Positions 1 through 12,599 of a DNA stretch of 64,000 bases are shown here, piece by piece. The position numbers were made by a program, and so were the translations under genes. The stretch comes from Octopus sinensis (lineage: Eukaryota). Where the stretch lies: assembly GCF_006345805.1 (NCBI RefSeq), contig NC_043014.1:26598001-26662000 (forward strand), read 5' to 3'. Under the pieces are notes generated by a model. It was not told the DNA's origin and did not search any database. It saw only the letters and a program-made list of their open reading frames with translations. How positions within the stretch are numbered: the stretch's first letter is position 1; the number at the start of each line of letters is the position of its first letter.

Positions 1-1039
1 TTTTCTTCGTCGGTGATTGTAGCAAGCACATGAAAATTTGTTTTCATTGTATGTAAATTTGCTTTTATGCCTGTATCTGCGTTTGAAAATTGAAATTTTT
101 CTTCAAATTATCAAAACTAGCAATTGAGTATGATCTGGTACAAGCCAAAGTTGGGAGCCTCTATTTGGTCGGTTAAACTTCTATAACTAATAGTCAAATC
201 TCCCTCAGATACCACCCTACGTCTTGTAAAAGGAAAAGAGACACTGGTTAATATAGTACAAGATAAACCGAAAAACATTAGCTGGACATAGTTGGAACAC
301 CTCTGGTCATATATTTACGAAACCAGAACACAAAAAAGTGATATTACAAAATAGCTATCCTCGCGAGAAATGCACTGTATAGCAAACCAAAAACGCACGC
401 AGAGAAACAAAACTAGAAATACTGAGGACACTGAAACAACAAAATATAAAGGTGCGACAATCTACCCCAGCCCCACACTCTGCAATAAACAGAATAGCGA
501 TATACATCACGACAGATCCGCCATAATTGATATTGAGGTCGAGCTGAAAGAAAGGGGGAAAAAACGAAAAGAACATTAAAGAAAAGGAATAAACAAAACT
601 CAGCATAACGAAGTACCTAAATTACAAAGGACTAAGTAGAAATATGAGGGAATAAATATAAGAGACCTGTAAAAATATATGCTCATGTGTATGTGTGTGT
701 GTGTAAATATGTAGACACGTTATATGTGTATGTGTGTATGTTGTGTGTACTAGTACGTATGCATAACTAGATGAAGATTCTTTTAAAAGCGATTAATAAT
801 TAAAAAAGAAATTTGTATTTAACAGAACGTCACTAACCTGTGTGAAAGTTATAGTTGAAAAACTAGCAGCACTTGAGAGCATATGCATTACAGTTGTAGC
901 TGAGAAAAAAGTTAGCTGACAGGGAGGAGTGGAAGCCATCTGAATTTTGGGAAAGATTTAGCTGTACAATGATGATTCGCTCCCGGTGCCAAAATGCCGA
1001 CTTCATGACTTGCTCTATGCTCTGGGGACACCGTAAATG

Positions 1040-1472
1040 CTGTAAGATGTGTCTTTGATTTCATGAGAAACAAATGGAAAACAGGACAGGTAACTTAGAG
1101 AATGACTCTTCATTAGTTGTCAGCTGTGTAAGTACCCATCATTTCGAGCATTGAACGACAATATGAGACTTCGAAGACAGTTGCTCCCATAAGTACCAAA
1201 ATAAAATTTGGGATTTGTGGAGGGTCAAAGCTGGGGAAAAAAACAGATCAGTGGAGACATACAAGGGAGTCGAACGAAAACAAACACGGAAATTCGTATG
1301 TCTCCACTGTCCTGTTTTTGACCCTCTACAAAGTAAAAAAGAAATATTTTGGAAGTTATGAGAGCAACTGACTTCGGTCGGTCGTTCTTTATATTACCTG
1401 TCCTGTGTCCTCATTTCTAATTGCTTCTCTCGTTGTCTGCGTATTGAACTCATTTGTTCTCGTATTTCATGC
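1040..1472. repeat. Old imperfect inverted repeat centred near 1280
   Basis: 1178-1262 mirrors 1296-1372 (cagttgctc..gagggtcaaa..cagtggagacatac vs gtatgtctccactg..tttgaccctc..gagcaactg); acaggacaggtaa vs ttacctgtcctgt further out. Confidence 0.55.
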
Positions 1473-1510
1473 TGTTTACTGCTGGTGACGTTCTGTACCC
1501 ATATTTTAAC

Positions 1511-1589
<79 letters not shown>

Positions 1590-1671
1590 ATATACATCAC
1601 CGTGATCACCGTGACCGACCAGGCTATCAGATTTGCTACACATCGCTGGTCACAAGGCGCTTCGCATTGTT

Positions 1672-1912
1672 TTAGTCTTCAAATGACGCCACCCCGCTGG
1701 CTAAGTGAGCAGGCCAACAGAAGAAAGAGTGAGAGAAAGTTGTGGCGAAAGAGTACAACAGGGGTCGCCACCCCCACCCCTCTGCTGGAGCCTCGGGGAA
1801 CTTTTAGGTGTTTTCGCTCAATAAACACTCACAACGCCCGGTCTGGGAATCGAAACCGCGATCCTACAACCGCGAGTCAACTGCCCTAACCATTGGGCCA
1901 TTGCGCCTCCAC
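1672..1912 (-). mobile_element. tRNA-derived SINE
   Basis: Minus strand starts gtggaggcgcaatggcccaatggttagggcagttgactcgcgg..ggtttcgattccc (A/B-box-like); near-identical head at 21990-22152. Confidence 0.8.
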
Positions 1913-1929
1913 ACACACACACACACACA

Positions 1930-1997
<68 letters not shown>

Positions 1998-2000
<3 letters not shown>

Positions 2001-2155
2001 TGGCTGTGTGGTAAGTAGCTTGTTTTCCAACCACATGGTTCCGGGTTCTGTCCCACTGCGTGGCACCTTGGGCAAGTGTCTTCTACTATAGCCTCGGGCC
2101 GACCAAAGCCTTGTGAGTAGATTTGGTAGACGGAAACTGAAAGAAGCCCGTCGTA

Positions 2156-2207
<52 letters not shown>

Positions 2208-2425
2208 TGTGTGTGTTTGTGTGTCTGTATTTGTCCCCCTAGCATTGCTTGACAACCGATACTGGTGTGTTTGTGTCCCCGTTACTTAGCGGTTCGGCAA
2301 AAGAGACCGATAGAATAAGTACTGGGCTTACAAAAGAATAAGTCCCGGGGTCGAGTTGCTCGATTAAAGGCGGTGCTCCAGCATGGCCGCAGTCAAATGA
2401 CTGAAACAAGTAAAAGAGTAAAAGA

Positions 2426-2426
<1 letters not shown>
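1998..2426 (+). mobile_element. tRNA-derived SINE with internal (TA)n/(TG)n
   Basis: Head gtggctgtgtggtaag..ggttccgggttc; tail ggcggtgctccagcatggccgcagtcaaatgactgaaacaagtaaaagag; other copies at 25988, 41865 and 46255. Confidence 0.85.
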
Positions 2427-2465
<39 letters not shown>

Positions 2466-2487
2466 TATATATATATACATATATACA

Positions 2488-5400
2488 GTAAGAAGGTTCG
2501 GAGATGATAAGAAGAAATAAGGTACTCAGTAGAGTTTCAGATTGAATTTTTTCAGATCTTTTCAGGCGACAGTCCTAATGAGCCAGGAGGAGAAAATTAC
2601 TCTCCTCCAGGCTGCTGTCACAGAAAAAGCTAACTGGACTGGTCAAACAGTCAATCTCCTAATTCAGACAGAACCTAAAACACTTGAAGCGCTTTCCGAG
2701 AAAACTGAGATAGGGGAGGAGGTCCTCATTGTGTTTGTTGGGGGCTGAAAACCCCGATGTTTTTGGTGTGGCCAATTAGGCACATTCGAAAGAATTGCAA
2801 CAAAAGAAAAATCCAATCAGCAACTCAACGGAGAGCGGCGACTACTACAGACCAACGACCAAAAAAGACTGCCAGAAGATTAAAGAGGGAAAAGGCATAA
2901 TAGCTGTATATACGAAAGATACCGAGCTAATGAGAGACATTCAATTGTTAAAGACTGCAAAAAAATTGATAAGATTTCGGAGAAATTTACCAACTATGAT
3001 ATGTACGAAGTTCCAAATAAGACTCATAGAATTTTACAGAACAAATATCGTAAGACAGTATCTACAATGACAATGGACATTAATAATTCTATATTTAATG
3101 GACTACCGGTCCCGATCCCGCGAGAGGAAGAAAAGGATAGGTGGAGACTCCCCCTCCACCTGATAATTCAAATCAAAAAGGTAAGACAACTTTATGGATA
3201 TTCACATTGGTTGTTTGAATGTACGCGGCCTGATGTCGAGCTGGAAGCAAGGACGCTTCCTAAATGACATCAGGTCGCGGGATTTAGATGTAATTGTTGC
3301 TACAGAAACCTGATTGGGAGGGCCAAGAGATCTACTCCCCCTTCTGAACGGCTACGAGAAATACGTTTCTCCGTGTCGAGTGGGAGGTAGGAGTGGGGTG
3401 TTGGTCCTATTAAAAAGAAACCAGGTTTCCGAGAAAAGTTGATTTTTTTCTGATCCAGAAGGCAGGCTGGTCGTTCTGGACTTGATTGTCAGTTGCGGCA
3501 AGACAGTCAGGCTGGTTGCAGTTTATGCACCCAATCTCATTGGTACACAAAGTGAATATTTTCGTGACCTAGGGAAATTTCTAGCTACATTGCATTCTTT
3601 AATTCTGTTAGGAGACTTTAACACAATCTGCGATGCGCGCGTAGATTGTGTTGGCTCGAGATCGGATAGGACATGTAACCCTGCCTTTCGGGATCTGCAA
3701 AGCTATCTCCAGCTGGCAGACCGATATAGGTTGGAACACATGGACGCTCCATTGTGGACATGGTCAAACAGCGACGGGTCTTCCCGATCATATATAGATA
3801 AGATTTTGATTAGAAAGGTAGATAAGAGTATAGTTAAATGTCCACAGTTTTATCCAGTCAGCTAAAGTGACCACCAGATGATTACCTGTAAGATGAACAT
3901 AGATAAGATACATAGACAGGGATCTAGCTACTGGAAACTCAATATGTCCCTTTTGGCGATTGAGGAGTACAGAAAGCGGATTAAGCAGTTAATTCAGAGG
4001 GCATTAACAGGTACCATCATTAATAATAAATGGTGGTACGCCCTAAACGAGCCATAAAATATGAGTCCATTGTTTATAGCATAGGTCTAGTTAGAAGGGA
4101 ACGTAAGAAAGGAAATGGTCTAGTTAAGAATTTAGAGGAAGTTATGAGGACTGGCAATGCGGACCAAGTGAAGGTGAAAAGACTGGAATTGAACCAGCAT
4201 CTCGAAGCCCAATACATGGGATGCATTGTCAGAGCTAAAATGCGTGCAATGGGCTGTGAAGGAATCAAGGCCGCTGGATGTGCCCGAGCGGTGGAAGCTC
4301 AACGTGGAAATAACTACACTCTTCGGTCTATGGGGAATCATCAAGGTGTATTGGTAAACGAACCCGAGGAAATGCGTGAGGCCTTTCAGGTGTACTTCGC
4401 CCGGCTGTTTGGGGGTGGCGGCTGATGGTAGGGGATACTTTGAGGGCTTCCTTGCCGGGCTGCTGCGTCTCTCGGGGCCGGATGCGGAGTCTTGTGAAGG
4501 GCCGATCACGCCTGAGGAGATGATTGAGGCTGTGGCGGACTGTGGCGTGGGTAGGTCGCCGGGATTGGATGGTCTTCCCTATGAGCTGTATAAGTGCATG
4601 CCAGACTTGTTCGGGCACCTGCTGGCCAATGTGTACGCGAACTGGAAACAGAGCTGTACGCCGGTGAGTGGTGACACTGGTCAGAAAGGACCCAGACCAG
4701 GGGGACGGTTTAGATAATTTCAGGCCCATCACTCTGTTAAATGCAGAAGTGAAGATTGTGGCCAAGGTATTAGCAAAAAGGTTGGCGCGTGTCGGGGATG
4801 GTCTTATCGGGGAGTGGAGTACAGACATGTGCCATTCCCGGCAGAACCATTCAGGATAATCTCTACCTTATCCGCTATACATTTGAGAGGTTTGGAGATA
4901 AATCTGGCAAAGGTGGGGCATTGGTACATTTAGACCAATCTAAAGCTTTCGATAGAGTTGACCATCGGTACATGGTGACTGTTCTTGCACAGTTTGGCCT
5001 GGGTCTTGGTGGATCGTTCAATTGTATCACAACATTGACTCGATAGTTTGGGTGAACGGTTTTCTTTCAAAACCGTTCTGTATCAAACGCTCAGCTCGTC
5101 AAGAATGTCCGCTCTCACCACTTTTGTATGTGGTGGCGCTCGAGCTGCTACTGCGAAGGTTGAGTGGCATCCCGAGAGAGCCAGGATATGAGAAATTTGT
5201 TTCGGCTTATGCGGATGACATCACCATCAGCGTCACCACAATGGCACACCTACATGAAGTAGGCAAGGCTATTGAGATTTACAAGATGGTGGCGGAAGCA
5301 AAAGATTAACCGGGAAAAATCAGTCGGCTTGCAACTCGGCACCAGGAGGGGCAAGTCGATGCCTTCAGATAGCGTCTTTGGACGCTGGACGGAGGAACCG

Positions 5401-6738
5401 GTTAGGATGCTAGGGGTCTGCTTTGGACCAGATCTCCAGGTAGAGAAGAACTGGGCTGAGGTTTTGAGCAGGGTGGCCTCCGTGGTCAAGACCTGGTCTT
5501 GGCGGTGGTTATCCCTGAAAGGGAGGGCGGAGGGGGCCAATGTATTTATCGCATCGGTCATTACCTACTGCCTCACCATCGTTCCTTGATCGGATTAGTG
5601 GTTAATCAAGTTGGAGAGACAGCTCTCGCGCTTTTTGTGGAAGAACACATCGCCACTTGTGAGACACTCTCTCTGTTGTCAAAAACCGTTAAAGGGAGGA
5701 TCATGGATGCCTTGGTTGATGGTGCGCAGACATGCGCTGAGGTTGAGGCATTTCTGGATTCTCCTGGATGGTGAACGAGTGTAGTCTCCGTTGGCAAAAC
5801 AAATGTTCCCCGAGTTTACTAGATTTTGCGGACGGAAAGACTGGTACTTTCGTAGATCGAGGTTGAGTTCATGGCATACGGAGTGCCGTAAGACCCTCTT
5901 GCTATTCCGTCGCTCGAGTAATGCCAGCGGTGGGGGTTATACAGCATTCTTCTATAGAGGGTTAGTAGAGGCTGAATGTGACGATGGCCTAGGGGAGACT
6001 CTGGGTCTCGGGTATATTCTACTTGACAGCCTGTTCCTTCGTACATTCGGGTTGAGGTCGCTGGATAATTTCCAAAAGTCCTTGACCTAGCAATGTTAAA
6101 GAAGTACCTTGCCCGTTTGGGAAAAGCTTGCAAGACATGGTAAATGCCAATCACCGACCTGTCTAAGATGTACGCGGGATAGAGAAACCGTCCCGCACGC
6201 TATTGTTCAGTGTCTGGAAGTATCGGAAATGTGGTTTTATGCTGAACATCTGTCGTCTGGCACAGCTGTCGGCAGAGTCAATCATAAAATTGACCCACCC
6301 GGATTTTTAACAAATGAAGGTAAGAATTGCTTTCTCATCGTAGCGAAAGAGGCGGTATGGAAGACAAGGATGAAAGGAGTCAAGACAGGCAGCTTTATCT
6401 CCGACCGCGCCTTACAACGGCATTTCGCTTTCCACCTCAAAAGGAAAGTGTGGCTGGAGAAGAGGTGCACGAGTGTTGTGAGTGACTGGAACCTTGTGAA
6501 TATGCTATAAAGGGTCAAAAAAGTATCCGTCGTGGACTGGGGCTCGTGGGGTCGGGGCAGAACCCAAAACACCACTCCATTTGTATTGTCCTTTTGTAAT
6601 TTATAATCATTCGTTTATATATGCTTTAATTTTTAACATCATTTTATTGTAATTACATATCGAGCATCTGACCACAAATCAGGTTGTGTTGTCCCCATCT
6701 TTGTCAGCCCCTAGGGGGCAATAAAGAAATATTTCACA
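2488..6738 (+). mobile_element. Tx1/L1-clade non-LTR retrotransposon, frameshifted, 5'-truncated in ORF1
   Basis: ORF1 CCHC knuckle (KPRCFWCGQLG/HIRKNC, about 2750-2800); AP endonuclease (VAVYAPN, LLGDFN, SYIDKI, SDH); RT (SPGLDGLPYE, FRPITLLN, LDQSKAFDRVDH, SAYADD); C-terminal C-x2-C..ET..H; 3' end aataaagaaat. Confidence 0.9.
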
Positions 6739-6744
6739 GCCTTT

Positions 6745-7600
6745 AAAATAAGTAGTTCCGTTCGGACGTGTCTTTGCTTCGCTGTTTTTTTTTTTTAACT
6801 GAGTTGTTTTGTGCTACTTTGCAGCAGCTTTTGAGTATAACGCCACTATTGTTTGCTGGACGTTGTTGAGATGGAACAAATGAAGACATATGCGGCGGCG
6901 ACGGGGAGTCGGGCTTCCGTCGTCCCAGGCCTGCTGAAGGAATACGAAATGTGCCGGGATGAAGATATGCCTATGAAATTTGGAAAATATCCAGAGATGG
7001 TACAGAAAAAGGGTCCAAACGTAAAGTTGACCCCATTAGAGGAGGAAAAGGCGAAAATGGAAATTAAGTTGGTGGATCGTTTTCAAGGAAAAAAATAAAA
7101 GAATAGAGAGCACAACGAAGGAGGAGGTGGAAGAGTGTTTGAAGGAATTGAAAGAAGATGCGCCGTTTTTCACAAGAGGCAAAACATACGCGTCTGTAGA
7201 GGTCACATTTGCATCGAAGGAGGCAGCAAGGAAATACACCAAAAAGACGTTATCTGGAAAAAATTGGATGCTCTTTCCCAATCAGCTGGGTAGACGTCCA
7301 ACGAGGATTAGGGTGGGTACGATCCCGCCGAAAATGGAGCCAGAATGGGTAATAGCAATTTTTTCTGTAACAAAAGAAGAGGCAAGGGTAGTTATTGTAA
7401 CCAGACCCCAACAAATAAATTGATGGGGGTATGGTTTGAAAGTTGTTTCCACGGCAAGTCAGATAGTGAATGATACCAAACCAAAGACACTGGAACTGAC
7501 AAACGAGGACAAGCTGGATATAATGTTGGAAGGCAGACCTCCAAAGTGCTATGAATGTGGCGAAAGAGGTCCTGTATGTGTAAGTACGTACATATAATAA
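6745..7600 (+). mobile_element. 5' UTR and ORF1 of a second, diverged Tx1-like element
   Basis: T-rich 5' UTR, then broken ORF1 ending ..MLEGRPPKCYECGERG, homologous to the knuckle region of the upstream element; ends in (TA)n. Confidence 0.7.
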
Positions 7601-7611
7601 GCATGTATATA

Positions 7612-7661
<50 letters not shown>

Positions 7662-7662
<1 letters not shown>

Positions 7663-8374
7663 CGCTCTGTGTAGAATCTGAGCAGATTGTAGCTCCTACT
7701 GTCATTTTTATATTAGCCTCAAAATGTTGCAGAACTTCTATAATTGCACGGTATATTAGCAATATTTTTTACAGTTAACTTTTAATAGAATTGGAAGAAT
7801 TTCCATGTTGTCATTTGTCTTCTCGGCTTGCGCTTTTTCTAAGAACCTCAACTCCTCGTTAGATAAACTCTCTCAACGAGACGCTAGTAAATCAACTATA
7901 CCATCCTCTGTGACTTCAAACCTTACATTATTTGTTAATATTATGATGTCTTTCCGAATTTGATGTAAACTTTCTGCTTCTGGAAAACTTACCTAGTTAT
8001 ACACACAGCCTGGCTGCATTTTGTCTCCAAGCACCATTCACTGTTGAGAGTTCCACTCAATCCCATTACTCAACTATGTTATACACAGTATCCGTTATAT
8101 TGAACTTCTTCCAGAAGTGTGTAACTACCAGTTTTTCCCTACTGCCAATTGCTTGCATGAGTCGTTTAAAATTTTTCAGATATCTTCAGGTTAGTTATCA
8201 CACCCTGATCTATTAGCTAGAGCAAAAAAACGTCTATCCTTGAGGATATATTTTATATTCTCACATTTTTAGAAAGCTCACTTAATTTCACTCAGTGTCA
8301 TTATGTATTATCTAAAATGAGCCATGCTTTGTTGGAAGTATTGTGTCTGGCACCGTACCTCTCTACAAGTTTGT
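7662..8374 (-). pseudogene. pogo/Tigger-like transposase remnant, C-terminal half
   Basis: Manual translation: KAWLILDN, DQGVI, THFWKKFNITD..VNGAW, IVDLLAS..LSNEEL, matching the Tigger DDE and C-terminal pattern. Confidence 0.7.
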
Positions 8375-8377
8375 TGA

Positions 8378-8525
8378 TTTTATTTACATTATATACAATT
8401 GACGGATATTTGTCCTCATCTTGTTTGTTGTAAACACAACGTTTCGGCTGATATGCCCTCCAGCCTTCATCAGGTGTCTTGGGGGAAATTTCGAACCTGG
8501 GTTCTTATTCCTAAGGTAGTTTTCT
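8378..8525 (-). mobile_element. PLE-type terminal repeat carrying a minimal HHR; inverted partner at 10997-11159
   Basis: About 125 bp inverted match to 10997-11159; a further 3' remnant at 20095-20165. Confidence 0.7.
8433..8478 (-). ncRNA. Minimal type I hammerhead ribozyme with intact core
   Basis: GACAC-CUGAUGA-A-GGCUG(gagggcauau)CAGCC-GAAAC-GUU-GUGUU: stem I 5 bp, stem II 5 bp, palindromic AACGUU helix III (dimer type). Confidence 0.75.
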
Positions 8526-8529
8526 ATTG

Positions 8530-8532
8530 TTG

Positions 8533-8602
<70 letters not shown>
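8530..8602. repeat. (TTA)n microsatellite at the R4-like 3' end
   Basis: Direct reading. Confidence 0.95.
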
Positions 8603-8604
8603 TT

Positions 8605-9899
8605 TTTTTTTCTTCTTTCAAATTTGCTTCCATTTCTTGCCGAGTGTCTTCCCGACTCCTAGGGCAAAGAAACTCATAGTATACATTGGTAGGCCATTAA
8701 ACCAAACTCAGTAGTTCGTTCATTTTTTTTTTTTTTTTTTTTAAATTTCAATTAAAATACATGAGCAGCAACAGTTCTCACATCGACAATGCTCTTCTCA
8801 ATACGTGTGATGTACCAGTTAAGACAATCTTTTGCAATTCTTGCAGGGATGGTAAGCCAGGGATCATTCTCATATAATTTTCGGTTCCCTTCTTGATCAT
8901 TCCTAGTGCTCCTACGATCACTGGTATTGTAACCGCCTTGAGATGCCACATTTTCTCAATTTCAATGAGTAGGTCTTTATATTTTCTGAGCTTGTCAAAC
9001 TCTTTCGCTGAGATATTATGATCACAGGGGATGCTCATGTCGATCAATAAGCAAACTTTATTGTTTTGGTCTTTCACAACAATATCTGGTTTATTGGCCT
9101 TGATGGTTCGGTCTGTATGTACTGGAAAGTCCCACATGGTTACATTTTCTCCTTCAGTTATAGCCTCAGGGTGGTGATTATACCACTTGTCGGCAGTTTT
9201 GATATTGTAATGCCGACTTATTAGCCAGTGGAGATATTGGCCAACTCTGTCATGTCTTAATTTATACTCCACTGGTGCTAAGACTTTACATCCAGAGATT
9301 AGGTGGTCCACTGTTTCAATCATGTCGTTGCAGAATCGGCATTTTGGGTCTGCTCCATTTTTCATCACATTGGCCTGGTAGTTCCGGGTTAATAGGCTTT
9401 GATCTTGAGCAGCCAGGATGAAACCTTCGCTCTCTGCTTTTAGCCCTGAGCTCCGTAACCACTGATGGGTTTGCTTCTGGTCAACATCAGCTTGTTTGCT
9501 GCGGGTCACATATTTGCCGTGTAGAGGTTTCTCCTCCCACCTATCAGCCAATTGCTCGTGCGCTTTTTTCATTGCCATCATTTTCACCTTCTTTGCAACA
9601 ATAGTTGCCGTACTTCCCTCGGGTTGTTCAGTTTGGGTATCCTGCACGAGATCAATAGCAAATGTTTTGCTTTCCTTTATGATAGAATGAAGCTTCTTTC
9701 GTCTCTCGTGATTTTCCACGAGCTTTAGCATCCAGTCATTCGATATTTCGAGATATTTGGCCAGTCCAATTGTGGTTGTTTTGTAAGCTAGTTCAAACTG
9801 GATCAGGCCTCGACCTCCTTGGGCTCTGGGAAGGTAAAGGCGATCTACGTCTGCCTTTGGGTGGTGCATTCTATTACAACTCAGCAGCTTGCGTATTTG
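8605..9899 (-). mobile_element. R4/Dong-like non-LTR retrotransposon, 3' portion (subfamily A); open frame 8778-9869
   Basis: DRLYLPRAQGGRGL, CCHC knuckle CRFC..ETVDHLISGC, RHD motif, restriction-like endonuclease NKPDIVV..LIDMSIPCD..K..KY, PVIVGALG; 3' UTR runs into (TAA)n. Confidence 0.85.
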
Positions 9900-10830
9900 A
9901 GTGTTTTTCGTACACCTAAGGCACAGAAGCTCATTGTATGCATTCCCAGATTACACACGCAAATTCACAGGTAAAATATGTATTTTAATAATAAATAAAT
10001 AAATTCATGAATGGATGTTGTTTTCACAGCGATAATACTCTTCTCAGTACATGAGTCGTTCCAGTTAACACGATTCTTTGCACTTCCTGTAAGGATGGTA
10101 AGCCTGGTATCATTTTCAAATAGGTTTCAGTATCTTTTTTTATCATTCCTAGAGATCTTACAATCACTGATACTGTAGTCGCTTTGAGATGCCACATTTT
10201 TCAATTTCTATTAGCAAGTCTTTATATTTACTGATCTTGTCAAATTCTTTCGCCGCTATATTGTGATTGCAAGGAAATCTCATGTCAATTAATAAACACA
10301 CCTTTTATGTCTGATCCGGTTTATTAGCTTTTATAGTTTTGTCGGTATGTACGAGGAAGTCCCATAGAATCAACATATTTTCTCCCTCAATCACAGCTTC
10401 AGGATGGTGTTTATACCATTTGTCAGCGGTTTTGATTTTATAATGCCGACATATTGTCCAGTATAAATACTGGCCATCTCTGTCATGTCTTGCTTTATAT
10501 TCTACAGGTGCTAAGACTCTACACTCTGAGACTAGGTGGTCTATAGTTTCAATATCATCGTTACAGAATGGGCATTTTGGGTCAGCTCAACTTTTTATCA
10601 CATTGACTTGATAGTTCCGGTTAATAAGCTTTGGTCTTGAGCAGCTAATGTGAAATCTTCACTCTCTGCTTTTAGCCCTGAGCTTCGTAACCATTGATGC
10701 GTGTGTTTCTGGTCGACATCAGCTTGTTTGCTACGGGTCACATACTTGTCATGCAGAGGTTTCTGTTCCCATCTGCTAACTAATTTTTCATGTGCTTTTG
10801 TCTTTGCAATTAATTTTATTTTATTTTCTT
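9900..10830 (-). mobile_element. R4/Dong-like 3' portion (subfamily B), frameshifted
   Basis: Same knuckle and REL motifs; 3' UTR near-identical to 44650-44790. Confidence 0.85.
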
Positions 10831-10843
10831 CTTCTTCTTCTTC

Positions 10844-10901
<58 letters not shown>

Positions 10902-10915
10902 CATCATTATTCATG

Positions 10916-10986
10916 TCACTGCATGGAATCGAACTCGGAATCTTGGGATTAGTAGCCCGCGCTCTTAACCACTACGCCATATGCCC
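10916..10986 (-). mobile_element. tRNA-like SINE head or tRNA pseudogene
   Basis: TGGCGTAGTGG (A box) and GAGTTCGATTC (B box); acceptor stem does not pair. Confidence 0.6.
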
Positions 10987-10996
10987 AGAGCATCGA

Positions 10997-11159
10997 AAAA
11001 TACCTTAGGAATGAGACCCCAGGTTCGAAATTTCCCCAAGATACCTGATAAGGCTGGAGAGTATATCAGCCGAAACGTTGTGTTAACAACAAACAAGATG
11101 AGGACAAATATCCGTCAATTGTAAATAATGTAAATAATGTACATAATTCCTCATCTCTA
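10997..11159 (+). mobile_element. PLE-type terminal repeat; HHR at 11040-11084 has lost G8 (CUGAUAA)
   Basis: gatac-ctgataa-ggctg..cagcc-gaaac-gtt-gtgtt. Confidence 0.7.
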
Positions 11160-11163
11160 ACTG

Positions 11164-11900
11164 AAGTTTGTAGATTGTTTGTAAACCCTGTTTCTAAAAA
11201 GCTCATAGTAATCTCTGCCTTCTTTGAACTCCAAATCAAAAGAAAATTAAACTTTGCGTAACCCTTGAAAGCTCTTGGGTTTTCGGGGTGATACACGAGC
11301 TGGTGTTGTATATTTCATATTCTGAACGGTAGTTTCTCCCAGATGTATTAGACGCTTCTTCGGAGTTTTAAACTCTGGTGTTGGTTTTTCTTCTCGAGAA
11401 TTAAAGTGCAGTTTTAATAATATTGTATGCTTACTCTAATGTGTAACTCCATTGATAACTTTTTCAGCTACACAGGATAATTTATTGCAATCTTTGTAGC
11501 AACACTGGCAGTTCCACCAGTTTCTTTTTATGATGTACAAATTCAAGCATTCTTTACTAGATTAAAAATGTTTTTCATAAGAAGTTTCAAGTTGCTGTTC
11601 TATACATCGTCATAAAAACTTTTGATTGTTTCTTTATCATCATGTTTACCGGCACTTTACCTCACGTCTTGTCCCGACTCTTTCATTCAAGTACTATTCC
11701 ATTTTAAGCATAACATTAATTCTATGAAGACATAAACTCTGAGCAGTAAATAGAGTAGCTTCTTAAGCATTTGACTCGGTTTTCTTTCTATTGACATATA
11801 TTTTTCCCCTCTGTGAGAAAAATGTGACATATTTTTCCTCTCTGCAATTTTTAATGTTTTGGTAATATGGCTGAGTTTTGTCTCTCGTATCAAGCCTTTT
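11164..11900 (-). pseudogene. pogo/Tigger-like transposase remnant, N-terminal half
   Basis: YHPENPRAFKGYAK..LIWSSKKAEIT (Tigger YHSENPRA..W.SNKKAW); continues the 7662-8374 fragment. Confidence 0.7.
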
Positions 11901-12599
11901 ATTAAACAAAATGTTTAATATGGTTTCTTTTCAAACTACTACCTTCAGTTCCACATTATGTCTTCGTTCTTGACATTCTAAATTATTGGTAAAAACAACA
12001 GTGACAACGGTCGACAGTTATCCACAACAACAGTTATCCAGAAAAGAAATCTGCTTTGTAACTGCAAAATATTACTCTCATATTCCTATGGATATAAGAA
12101 TGGAAATGAGAAGAAAGGGTGAAGAGGTGGGGCGGGGGAAGTAAAGTGTAAGTACAGTTAGTTAAAGTGTAGCCAGATTGCTGTGTTTGCTGCTTGTATC
12201 TCTGACTTGAGCCATGAGAATTCCTCCACCAAGAGTCACAAACACACACTATATACCATTGAGTTGACATGCAATATATGTAGCATACAGATATTGCTAC
12301 CATGTTGATGTTGCTATTGCTGATGGCAGCAGTTGTCATATCGTTCTTGTAAAATGTATGGGTGTTTCTATTTAGACTTCTTGGCTTAAAATGAAAATCA
12401 TTTCATTCAGCTATTAAATACATAAGAGCATCACATTATTTCATATAATTCTCTTTTATGTTAAATGGAGTTGCTTCTTTTGCTCATACTAGTAATGATG
12501 TTGATCGTCAAAGTTGGTGGATAGATAATGGCGGTACTTCTATTGATATATATGTGATTATGTACATCTTGATATATATATATATATATATAAATGTAT

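Noticed and set aside
2488-7600. A single circularly permuted Tx1 element
   Set aside because: The two ORF1 pieces overlap in homology and are divergent, so they come from different elements.
10916-10986. Functional tRNA gene
   Set aside because: A and B boxes are present but the acceptor stem does not pair; it points away from the adjacent HHR, so it is unlikely to drive it.
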